Below, one piece after another: positions 20,512-30,321 of a stretch of 64,000 nucleotides of DNA. The notes beneath the pieces are model-generated. The model was not told the origin of the DNA and did no database searches. It saw only the letters and a list, made by a program, of their open reading frames with translations. Each line of letters opens with the position of its first letter. Positions within the stretch are counted from its first letter, which is position 1. The translations under genes were made by a program, and so were the position numbers. Origin of the DNA: Dehalococcoidia bacterium (GTDB lineage: Bacteria > Chloroflexota > Dehalococcoidia > Plut-88900); assembly GCA_965207225.1 (NCBI GenBank), contig CBDBLV010000005.1:1440001-1504000 (forward strand), read 5' to 3'.

Positions 20512-21162
20512 TTGTTGCTGATGTTGACGGCGATACTAGCTTCGTTGCTGGTCTCTTCCATCTGGCTCGTTGCACGGGAAGACGCCGAGAGCCCCGGAAT
20601 TGCTATGGAGACAGACATGCCGGTCTACTCATCTGTAGAAGGGCTATCAAGCGTGTCTGATCTGGTTATTGTCGGAACAGTGGGAGAGATCGTGGCCCGG
20701 GACGTTGATTACGGAGAAGAAAAGCCTCTGGAGGGAGCAGACTGGGGCATTCCGGTGGTGTTTTATTAGACCTCGGTGACCGAGGTGTTAAGAGGCTAAC
20801 TTGGCCAAGATACGGGAGCGATCCTTGTGGGGGCGACAGACGTGGACTGGCTGGATATAGAGTATAGAACAGTCTTACTGAGTGGACAGCAGGTACTGCT
20901 GTTTCTTAAGGAGAGCGATGCACCTGGCATAACTGCAGGCGACGACCATTACGTGATCGTAAGCATGGACAATGGTGTGTTTGACATTCTGGAAGGTGAC
21001 AACGTAGTAGGGCCAACGGGAATAGTAGACGACTCCATTGTCATACACCCGAGAGGCACAGGTGCAGATATGTTCGGAGACGCTACATTCAAGATGTCTG
21101 AGATCAGGAAAGCCATCGAACCCAAATCGAAGGAAGTGGGTCCGACAGGCAGCACCAACTAG
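20512..21162 (+). pseudogene. Secreted hypothetical protein with two in-frame stops
   Basis: ORFs 20512-20769 and 20827-21162 share a frame; the link reads VVFY*TSVTEVLRG*LGQDTGAILVGATD. Confidence 0.7.
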
Positions 21163-21184
21163 CAGTTCGGATAGAGGCAGAGCT

Positions 21185-21391
21185 ATGGCAACATTGCTGT
21201 TCTTACTTGGCGTCTTCATACCAATTTCCGTGGCGCTGCTAGTCGCGGGGTTCTGGGCGATAAGGAAGAAACCTGAAGTTGGGTATCAGGTTTTAGGCGC
21301 CGTGGCAATCGTAGCAGGGGTGGTGTTGCTATTAACAACCCTCCTTATGGTGTTTTTCGGCGTCGGTGAGACAAGTCGGGCGATGCCCTAA
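21185..21391 (+). CDS. Small two-TM membrane protein
   Basis: MATLLFLLGVFIPIS..., two hydrophobic segments. Confidence 0.6.
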   Translation: MATLLFLLGVFIPISVALLVAGFWAIRKKPEVGYQVLGAVAIVAGVVLLLTTLLMVFFGVGETSRAMP

Positions 21392-21419
21392 TAGCCTGGA
21401 TGCAAGGAGTACAATTCCC

Positions 21420-22253
21420 ATGGCAGGGATGCTTTTACTCGACGCTTTCGGAACTCTCTCCCCAGGTGCGAACCTGATCGATATCCTGGAGGAAGACCTC
21501 TACAGTGTTTTCAGATCACGCAGCGAATTGATGGGCTGGTACGACGGTCCCTCCACCAAGCCGGCTGGTCGCCGCGCGTCGCTCTGGAATATGCATGAGG
21601 CCGAACTGACCGCAGGTGACGGCACATCCCGGATCGGATGGGTGAAGGTGGGGCTGGACGTTGGAGACCTTGAACGAACGCAGGTGCCGCCACCACCTGG
21701 GCCAGGTTTTTATTTCGCACCGCTCGGATTTCAACAACGCTCAATCGAACCGGCTGTGATTCTGCCGGCCCTGACCCACTGCTTTATCGACTCACTGGAC
21801 CGCTTCGGGTCCATTGAGCTGACCGGGCTCCAGGTGACGGCGGGATACCTGGAGCCCGGCACGCCGCCCCACGGCGATGACCTACCGTCTGGACACAACT
21901 GGTTCCACACCAGTCGGAGGACCACAGTGGATGCTCACGTCGCCTTTAGCCAGGAGCTTCTCGCGAATCATGACAAGGTGGACCTCGTGACCGGCCTAAG
22001 TGGTAGGAGGCTGGGACGGTTCGAGTTTGGACCGGCAGTCACCGTGCCTGAACAGCATTGGATCTTGGCAGAGGCCGAGAGTTATCTCTCTCGTTTCGTT
22101 TCACCTGCGCGCACGGAAACGGGTTTGTCTGTAAGGATGCCGGAATGGACGGCGAGCGCCGTGGGGTGGGTTCTCGCAATTGTTTTTGACGCAGCGCGCG
22201 CCGTCGTGCCTGATGTCCCTCACTTTGCAGTCAGAGTGACACGCGTTCGTTAG
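21420..22253 (+). CDS. Hypothetical protein
   Basis: AAGGAG RBS before the ATG at 21420 (MAGMLLLDAFG). Confidence 0.65.
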   Translation: MAGMLLLDAFGTLSPGANLIDILEEDLYSVFRSRSELMGWYDGPSTKPAGRRASLWNMHEAELTAGDGTSRIGWVKVGLDVGDLERTQVPPPPGPGFYFAPLGFQQRSIEPAVILPALTHCFIDSLDRFGSIELTGLQVTAGYLEPGTPPHGDDLPSGHNWFHTSRRTTVDAHVAFSQELLANHDKVDLVTGLSGRRLGRFEFGPAVTVPEQHWILAEAESYLSRFVSPARTETGLSVRMPEWTASAVGWVLAIVFDAARAVVPDVPHFAVRVTRVR

Positions 22254-22380
22254 ATCCGCCAATTGTTCTTCCCTGCAGCCGAGGTGCCTGGCCGCTCGCA
22301 CACGACGCCGGCACTTCCGCCGTCTCGTGAACTCGGCGCCATCGCCTACGGAAACCCCACAAATGGGCCTGTGCTGTCCA

Positions 22381-22505
22381 CTCTATCGTACGTCAGGACG
22401 ACGCCTTGGGTAGAGCTTTCACGGAAATACCCTCAATTTTCACGGGTTCTTTCACGGAATTGGTATTGCTTTTCACTGCTGTTTCACACGGGAGGTTTAC
22501 TATGG
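22381..22505. promoter_or_regulatory. Second copy of the TTCAC-repeat promoter
   Basis: Aligns nearly without gaps to 17766-17889, with five TTCAC repeats and a TACTAT -10. Confidence 0.7.
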
Positions 22506-23554
22506 GAAAGGTCAGCGGTGAAAGGAGAGCAAAAAATGGATAAGCCGACGATCCATATCGAAGCTCACTTTAGAATGGAGTGCAGATGTTAATGCCCCTG
22601 CGGGCTCCAGATGAGAAGGCGCTGAAGGCTGCTTCTTGTCCGGGCCAACAGGGGCAGAGTACCGGTTAATGAAGAGTTCAGTGTTCCAGGGCAAATCCCG
22701 AGAATGAAGGGAGCGAGCAATGACCAAGCGGGTTCGAATCACAGGAGCGGTGGTACTAGCTCTAGTCGGCCTCGCGGCCGTCTCAGCCGTCCGATGGCGT
22801 CGCCGGCAAGATTCCTTTGCATGAAGGATGCCTAGACGTTCAGGATGCCATAGACGCATTGGGGGGATGAGTAAGGATGACGGCCGGGCGATTGCCCGGC
22901 CGTCAACTGAGCAGGCGACGGCAGAAAAAACTTGTACCCGGTGCACGATCAATCCCGCACCAGCCATGGCGTGAGAATATAAGGAGTGCGACGGATAACC
23001 GCTGCAGGCAGCAATCTATCTGAATAATAATTTCCGGGATGACACAGGTCTGGAGATAGCCAGTGTTTTCCCACATGAGACTGGAGAGTCAGTCTGGACT
23101 GAAGACCTAGTGGTCGGACCGCCAACATTTTGTAAAGGCAAACAGGAGGTGCATCATGACGTTATGGCAGCTCCAAGAGATGATCGATGTGCTGGGCCCC
23201 GACTTCCGGGTCCGGTTCCTGGTGAGGAACGGGCGGAAAGTATCTTCACGTCCTGCGTTGGGCCATCCAGAATCGGTCGGGTCCCGCACGAATACTCGGA
23301 TTCTCCAAGACGCTGCTACATTGGTAGCCGGGCGCAAGCGCGTGGACTGCCCAGCCTGGAAAGATTAAGGCATGCCTTCAGCTGCCGCTTGGGGGCTATA
23401 CAACGGGATATTCTCATCCGAGCAGGTGTCATACGATCTCAACACCGACCAGAGACCGCCGAATGATAGTGCCGACTCTTTCCACCGATTTCTGCTGCAG
23501 GGACCTTGCCCGGAGGTCACTCCATCCGCGGCCAACCAGCGACTAGGAGGGGCT

Positions 23555-24583
23555 ATGCGGCTACTGGTTCTGCCAATACTTCTCTTGTTGGCCTGTACCT
23601 CCGGGTCCTTCGCCAACCCTGACCCCGACCAGTATCTTGATCGCGTGCGCCAGATGCACGCCGAGTACAAAGAGCGGTTTGGACACTTAACAAGAGTCAC
23701 CCTGGCTGTGACGCCCCGACCCGAGACTCCCGGGCCCATCCCTACCCTTGAGGAGTGGCAACAAGAGTTCCTTCCAGGAATGGCCGTGATACTGGCTGAT
23801 TTCTCCCGTGTCAACCGCTTCCAGCGCGACGGTCTTGATGAACTCAGGTCTATGGTGGTGCCCCAGGAACACGAGGGCATCCATTATGACCTAATAGAAC
23901 TGTGGGAGGCGGGCATCGCATGGACGAATCGCTGGATGGTGGAAACCGAGAATTTGATCAGTGCAGCGCATAATGTGGAGTGGGGGTATTTTGACGTTGA
24001 GACCGATGAGGAAATATCCGCCTACAGCAAGATTCACGCTCGACATGTAGACGCCTGGGCGCGGGTGGACTTTGTGCTATTGGGCACTCCAGAGCCGCCA
24101 CCCTATGATATTCAGGGATCGGCCACAGCCTGGGCATTGACTCCATTTCCTGAAATACCCACTGCTACCCTGGGCCCCTCGCCAACACCGATGCCCGGGT
24201 CCACCTCCACCGGGGAGTATGGAGATTCCACGGGTCGGAAAGAGGCCCTGACGTGGTTCGCCGAGGCCGCCTGCGGCCCCGAAAAGTTGGACCTTCCGAC
24301 CATTGGCTGGCCGAAACTGGAGGGCGAACTATCGTGGACGATGCTACTGTTGAGGCATGACATACCCCGAGGCCTAGGGGGCTTTCGAGATGTCCTATGG
24401 GACTATTACGAGACCCTCAAGATATTTGCCGAGAAGCAGGACCGCACACTCAAGGTCGACGAGGCCTTGTTCATGTCGGACCAGGACGTTGTGCAGAAGA
24501 GGATGGCGGTCATAGAGGCTTTCGAGGCCCTGCCCGAGCCCGACCAACTGGCCCTTAAAGGGGCCGGCTGCGGCTTTGACTAA
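23555..24583 (+). CDS. Putative lipoprotein
   Basis: AGGAGG RBS; MRLLVLPILLLLAC lipobox; Pro/Thr linker. Confidence 0.7.
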   Translation: MRLLVLPILLLLACTSGSFANPDPDQYLDRVRQMHAEYKERFGHLTRVTLAVTPRPETPGPIPTLEEWQQEFLPGMAVILADFSRVNRFQRDGLDELRSMVVPQEHEGIHYDLIELWEAGIAWTNRWMVETENLISAAHNVEWGYFDVETDEEISAYSKIHARHVDAWARVDFVLLGTPEPPPYDIQGSATAWALTPFPEIPTATLGPSPTPMPGSTSTGEYGDSTGRKEALTWFAEAACGPEKLDLPTIGWPKLEGELSWTMLLLRHDIPRGLGGFRDVLWDYYETLKIFAEKQDRTLKVDEALFMSDQDVVQKRMAVIEAFEALPEPDQLALKGAGCGFD

Positions 24584-24941
24584 CTCGGCGGCACATGGGT
24601 GGCCCTTGACAAGTCGAATATGCAGTAGCGAGCCCTTCTGGCAGAGCTCGCTACCTTCGGAACACACGGAGTGCGCTCTGGACGACTCATAAGTTGTAAT
24701 CTCGAAGCAAAATGCTCGGGGCCCGTATGCTTGGGCCGGACGTTGTGTTCCGATATCCATTCCATGGATAGGAGCCACCCCGCTATCCCACTGTCCATAC
24801 TTAGAAGACCAGGAGAACGAATTCTGGTACTCAGCATGTAACACGTACACCTGGCAGAACTGCCACGTCATGCTAAAGAGAGATCCCGAATATTTCAGCG
24901 GAGATAACCATCAGAGAGCTTTCGTGGAAAGGTGTTTGACG

Positions 24942-25874
24942 ATGTTGAGATCGACTATTCTGACAGTTTCGCTGCTCGTTGTGCTCCTGTATGTCGGATG
25001 CTCAGATGTTTATCCAGCGACTACTCCCGTACCTACCGTGACGGAGGCTCCTGAGACCGAGGAAGAAAGCGACGATGAGGTTAGGATTGCTGTTCAGCGG
25101 CTCTTCGAAACTTGGGATCGGGCACTTAGGGACAAAGACGCGAAGCTTTTCCGCTCCATCCTGACGCGGGATATCGCCGCAGGCTGCGGGCTAAACGACT
25201 TGCAGTCCTGGCTCGACCAAGACTTGAAGATTCTCAGGGAAGTGGTGGTGCGCTCAGTGTTCGTAGATGTCGCTGACCCCAGCCGAGCATTGGCTGATAT
25301 CATCCCTATGCGGGACCCTGGTCAATCTGGAGAACCTCCGATTTATCCTTGGCCGTTGACGCGGGAAGACGGAGAGTGGCGGGCAGGATTCATTTACGGC
25401 TCGACCGGCGAACGCTGCCCGTTTACGGCTTACTTCCAGTCTGCTGAGCCCGACGGTAGGGAACACGATTTCCCCCAGATACCTGGCTTGGACCTGGACC
25501 GGCGTGAGGATATTCTCGCTGTAGTGCCGGGGACCAGGGTCCTACATGGAAGTTTTGCGGGCGAGAATTTCGGCTCCAGCTTCAGTACCGGCAACTCAAT
25601 GTCCGGTTATAGCAATCAAGTGAACATTTTCGCAGAAGTAGAGTCTGACCTGGATGCCGCCGAGCTAGTGCGCCTTTACAGCGACGGTCTGAAGCATTCA
25701 AGTTGGGATGCTATCGACGAGGGGACCTCCGGCGACTTTGGCTGGTTCTCGTGGACCGTCCTCGACGACGTTGATCGGCTATGGCACGGCAACCTCGTGG
25801 CGGCACCGTCGAATGAGGGTTGGAGACATGTGTGGTTATCGCTGTATTCCGATGATTCGGGCGGAGGTCAGTGA
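24942..25874 (+). CDS. Putative lipoprotein
   Basis: MLRSTILTVSLLVVLLYVGC lipobox; Pro/Thr/Glu linker. Confidence 0.7.
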   Translation: MLRSTILTVSLLVVLLYVGCSDVYPATTPVPTVTEAPETEEESDDEVRIAVQRLFETWDRALRDKDAKLFRSILTRDIAAGCGLNDLQSWLDQDLKILREVVVRSVFVDVADPSRALADIIPMRDPGQSGEPPIYPWPLTREDGEWRAGFIYGSTGERCPFTAYFQSAEPDGREHDFPQIPGLDLDRREDILAVVPGTRVLHGSFAGENFGSSFSTGNSMSGYSNQVNIFAEVESDLDAAELVRLYSDGLKHSSWDAIDEGTSGDFGWFSWTVLDDVDRLWHGNLVAAPSNEGWRHVWLSLYSDDSGGGQ

Positions 25875-26010
25875 TCCATGAACCTGGTTCTAGCTGCCGA
25901 CGCATCATGCCAGAGAATTCTGCCTGGAAAACTGGGTTCTTTCAGAAAGTAGTGTTTGCCATCCATAAGGCAAATGTTTGTGCCCGCTGGCAAAAGCCCT
26001 AGCGCTTCCC

Positions 26011-27052
26011 TCAATCTAGGTTTTTCTGGCTATGGGCCGCTTCCCCTAGGCAACGGCTTTCCGCTCCCAGCTCCCTACCCAAGAACAGCATGGCTTGCCG
26101 TCCGCGTGGCTTGGTGCGCCGTCTGCCTGGCTTCTTCTTCCGCTTGAATCCTGGTAGTCCTTTGGCCGTCTGGCCTTTGGTACTCTCCCGATTGCCTCCA
26201 ACTTGTGGGCCACCTCCTCCCAGTTGTGGAATGGGGGGGTTGGCCTTTGCCACACTAGCGGGGGTGGCCTTCCCCATTACCTATAGGTGAGGCCCGAGAA
26301 AGTTGTAGTTTAGCACCCACCCGTCAACGTACTGTTGGGCAGACTCCAGCCGCTTGAACCCCCTGAACACCTTGTCCCGTTCCTTGACGGTCCCGTTCAG
26401 CCGCTCGATAAGGCTGTTATTCACGACGGCGGCCAGTGCCTCCGTCTGCATGTGATCTACCTAGCCGTCAAACACGGCTTTGATTGCGGTGGGGCAGGAT
26501 TTCATCTTGTAGGTGCATATGAACTCAGGGAGATTGGCGGCAGTGTTCTTCGCCATTGGCATCACCCTAACGATTTGTCGGACATCCCGCCTGTGCGTCA
26601 GCAGGGCCGCAAGGATGTATAGGGAATCATCGTCCATGACAAGCCACAGCCAATTGTACTCCCTGTCTATCGTCACGTCCGTCTCTTTTGCCGACCATAC
26701 GGGGCCGGCCTGGGCCTTCACATCTTTGACTGCCCTTACTGCCTCGTCTGCGTAAGCTTGCACCCACTGGTAGATCGTGTTTTCGCTTGGCGCGGCTATT
26801 TCAAGGGTGTTCTTCAACTGCCTAGCGGTTTCGCAATAAGAAAGCCCTTCGAAATATGACTGAAGCGCCGTGCCGATTTGCTTGATGGAAAACTGCTTAC
26901 TTTTGGTGATGCCCGGGGCGCGAAACTTAGTCCGGCATTTCTTGCACTGGGTAGCGTTGATGCTTGCCCTACATCCCGACCTTGATGACCTTCCCTCCGT
27001 CCTTATTGGGGCATCCGATTGTGTAGGTTATGTTCTCGGAAATCTCAGTCAT
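26011..27052 (-). mobile_element. Degenerate IS6-like DDE transposase (fragmented)
   Basis: Fragments in several frames: N-terminal Cys motif CKKC, GLSY..TIYQWV HTH, WLWLVMDDDSLYILA, NNSLIERLNGTVKERDKVFRGFK, NYNF. Confidence 0.75.
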
Positions 27053-27295
27053 GTCTACTCCAAGAGTATAGGGCAGTCAACGGCGATAATTCTATGTATG
27101 AAACATTTACATCGGGCGCGCGCCCCGCCACAGACACCCGCAAATTAACATGAACTAATGAACATAACGGCGACGGGTTGTCTCAATAACGGACCGTTAA
27201 CGGAATGTCGGCCCTTTCCTTATGGCAAGTCGGAGGGGCCGTTTGGTGTGAGAAAACTCCAGCGAAGACCCATAACACGCATAGTTCGAAGTGCG

Positions 27296-27880
27296 CTACC
27301 CGCACCACGTAGCTATGGCGGCGGTACGCCGGATATTCGCCTGGGCCAACAAACGCCCGCCCTCGTCGAAGGCGAGTATCCCCCGGTCAAAAGTGGCCCC
27401 GTCGATGTGCCAAACACCGTCGGTCATCATCCGGGCCCCAGCTTGGAACTGAGCAGCGGCGGCCCGCACGCCTCCACGCCAGATGCGCAACTCCCTTTCC
27501 CTCTCGGGCGGCATCTTGAAGTTCAGCCTGGGAAGGTCCAGCAACCTCTCGGATTCCCTCTCCAGATCCTCCAGCAGGTTAAGCATGTCAACCTGCCAGT
27601 TTCCCTCGAAGCTCGTGTCATTCTCCGTCAGCAGCTTCTCCATCACAATCTCCGCTGCCTCCCGTTCTGCCAAGTAAGTTTCGATGCGCCCCTCCACCTC
27701 CTTAATGAAGGCTTGCTCCTGGCTGGTGAGACAGCCGGTTTCCGAGCTGCAGGCGGCTATTAGCAGGGCACCGATAATCGCCCCGACGCTCAAGATTTTG
27801 GTCATCATCGATCGCGCCTTCCTTTCACTGGGGTCTAACGGCGTATTACCAGCTCCAAAGTGGCCAACGGGAGCATCCAA
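27296..27880 (-). CDS. Putative lipoprotein
   Basis: MMTKILSVGAIIGALLIAAC lipobox (the true start is probably this internal Met); helical body. Confidence 0.65.
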   Translation of the reverse strand: MDAPVGHFGAGNTPLDPSERKARSMMTKILSVGAIIGALLIAACSSETGCLTSQEQAFIKEVEGRIETYLAEREAAEIVMEKLLTENDTSFEGNWQVDMLNLLEDLERESERLLDLPRLNFKMPPERERELRIWRGGVRAAAAQFQAGARMMTDGVWHIDGATFDRGILAFDEGGRLLAQANIRRTAAIATWCG

Positions 27881-28258
27881 TTCGCATTGGGGTCCGATAG
27901 CTCTGTATTATGTTGGTATGCTTGAAGAAGCAACCTACCTACCTAATCATCATTGTTGGGTTGCTCGCCTGCCTCATTTTATTGACGATAGGTATAAGGC
28001 AACTAGCATCAGCACTCCACCGATTGTCCAGCACCACTTTGCCAGCCTCCGATACAGGCGATACTGGAACTCCTTGGGTAGATAACTCTGTTTCCAACGG
28101 GAGAACAGGTACCCCAGTGCAACGACAGTAAGACTCGCTGCACCAACTGGCACTGCCCCTTCCACTACGCAAATTTTCCGGCCCGCTCATACCATGTCCA
28201 GTTCCATGCCTTGTCCGCCATGCGCCTTTCTTCAGTTTCGCTAGGGTAAGCCGTCGGT

Positions 28259-28525
28259 TTAGTCCACCACGCGATAGACACCACGCCGGACACGTTCTAA
28301 GTGACCTCTAGTTGCCATACGCGACACAGCCGCTCTTACCGCGTGCCGGTAATTAGGCCTGCTGCCCCATATGCCCGCTACTGCCCATTCTCGTACCAAC
28401 AAGTCTTCGTGTTCCTCCAGCCATGCGTACACCTCTGCTAGAGAGGCTTGGCCTTCATAAGCGTATAGGGCCTTAACTATTCGCAAGGTCCAGAAATCGT
28501 GTGGCCTTCTAAAGCGCACCATCAT
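28259..28525 (-). CDS. Small winged-helix protein
   Basis: IVKAL...ASLAEVY...YRHAVRAAVSRM...LERVRRGVY pattern. Confidence 0.55.
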   Translation of the reverse strand: MMVRFRRPHDFWTLRIVKALYAYEGQASLAEVYAWLEEHEDLLVREWAVAGIWGSRPNYRHAVRAAVSRMATRGHLERVRRGVYRVVD

Positions 28526-28871
28526 TCCGCAATCTCGCGGAGTGGCCTAGCGATTGAGCTTGTCGGTATTGGGCATATCAGGCTTCAATTCTGCGACGGT
28601 GCTTTCAATGTTTGGAGTCGTCCTCCCGCAATGCTCCACTTTGGGAAAGGCGACTCTCCAGCACAATTAGAAAATCTAGCGTTTCTTGCAGATGGGTTAA
28701 GATCAAATCGTGGAAGCCCTCATTCTTTGACCATCTCCGTTGCTCGATTTGCAATTGCTTCAGATTGTCTTGTAATGATTGAAGACGAGCCCCTAGGTCG
28801 TCTGTGTCACCATTAGACGCGGGCGCCTTAGCCATATCAATCCGCCTTGCTTATCACTGATTCTCTAGTCA

Positions 28872-28911
28872 AACAACCTCCCTTGCCCGAGACTTGGACA
28901 GGGAGGTTGTT
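28872..28911. terminator. Stem-loop, possible terminator
   Basis: Perfect 12-bp inverted repeat AACAACCTCCCT...AGGGAGGTTGTT. Confidence 0.5.
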
Positions 28912-29442
28912 GTCGATTGCGCTATGCTCAAGTCTTGGATAAACCCCAAGAGCTTGGCCAGCCCGATGCCTGCCTGTTTCAAGTGTCGGCGTGCCGCTCG
29001 ACGTCTCAAACGTCGAGTGACACTTTTTCGTTGGATGATATATTAAGATAGCCTATTGGTTATGACAAGCGCGTAATTGGGCCTCGTACAGTATAAAACC
29101 TTATGGGAAGAGCCCTGTTGTATTGCGGCTCCTCTCCCCTAAGGCCCCTAGGGGGTCAAACCCTACTTCCAAAAGAACGATTTTATCCAGACTGGTGGGC
29201 CGCCGCGTACTGCACTGCCAACTCTTCGGTGGGAGGTTTCTATCTGGGTGACACCATCACGATCAGCGAAACAATCTGACTGGTTCGAATACGGCCGGAG
29301 GGCACGTTGGAAATCCGTGCGAGAGTCGTCTCGTAACATAAACAGCCGGTTTGTCCACCTAACTGGGGCTGACGGAACTTACTAACGAACCTAGGATGTT
29401 TACTGAACATTTCTGCGGAGATTTAGAACATCGAGAGGTTGT

Positions 29443-30321
29443 ATGAACATTTCCACGCAAGTCCCTTCAGTCAATTTCCACCTGTGGAAGCCCTGCAACA
29501 TGAAATGCAGATTCTGCTTCGCTACCTTTCAAGATGTCGGACACCAGGTCCTACCTGAAGGACACCTTTCCCGTGAGGATTCCCTCGCGGTCGTGGAGAC
29601 TCTTGCTAAGGCCGGCTTCAGCAAAATCAATTTCGCCGGTGGGGAACCCATCCTTTGCCCATGGCTTCCTGATTTGATACGGCGAGCCCGAGAATTGGGG
29701 CTCACCACCTCCATGGTCACTAACGGCAGTTTCGTCACACCTGAATGGCTGGATCGTGTAGATGGCTGTCTGGATTGGGCGGCGGTAAGCATAGACACGG
29801 TGGACCCGGAAAAGTTGATACGCATTGGGAGAAGCACGCGGACCGGTCCAATGAGCGAGGCCGACTACCTGCGGGTCATGGATATGCTCAGACAGCGCGG
29901 CATACGGCTGAAGGTCAACACTGTGGTGACGAGGATCAACTACAATGAGAAGTTGGCTGGATTTATAGTCAAAGCGGGGCCGGAACGCTGGAAACTACTT
30001 CAAGTGCTGCCTGTCGGGGGCCAGAATGATGGATCGGTGGACAACATGTTGATAACCAGCGAAGAATTCGCCCGCTATGTAGCACGAAATCGATACGTGG
30101 AGTCCAGGGGCATTGTGGTGGTGCCGGAAAGCAATGACCTGATGACCGGCAGCTACGTGATGGTCGACCCGGCTGGACGCTTCTTCGACAATGTTGCCGG
30201 CACCCACGTCTACAGCCGCCCTATGAACCAGGTCGGCGTTCATGCTGCGCTGAGGGAGGTATTGATCGACACAGACAAGTTCGGGTTGCGGGGTGGTCTG
30301 TATGAGTGGCAACGAGCCTGA
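29443..30321 (+). CDS. Prokaryotic viperin (pVip), antiviral radical SAM enzyme
   Basis: SVNFHLWKPCNMKCRFCFATF (CxxxCxxC), KINFAGGEP, KVNTVV, RWK, ESNDLMTGSYVMVDPAGRFF, C-terminal FGLRGGLYEW. Confidence 0.9.
   Translation: MNISTQVPSVNFHLWKPCNMKCRFCFATFQDVGHQVLPEGHLSREDSLAVVETLAKAGFSKINFAGGEPILCPWLPDLIRRARELGLTTSMVTNGSFVTPEWLDRVDGCLDWAAVSIDTVDPEKLIRIGRSTRTGPMSEADYLRVMDMLRQRGIRLKVNTVVTRINYNEKLAGFIVKAGPERWKLLQVLPVGGQNDGSVDNMLITSEEFARYVARNRYVESRGIVVVPESNDLMTGSYVMVDPAGRFFDNVAGTHVYSRPMNQVGVHAALREVLIDTDKFGLRGGLYEWQRA

Noticed and set aside
29443-30321. Radical SAM as the RiPP maturase, or MoaA
   Set aside because: The motifs are viperin-specific, there is no SPASM/twitch or RRE domain, and it lies over 20 kb from the cluster.
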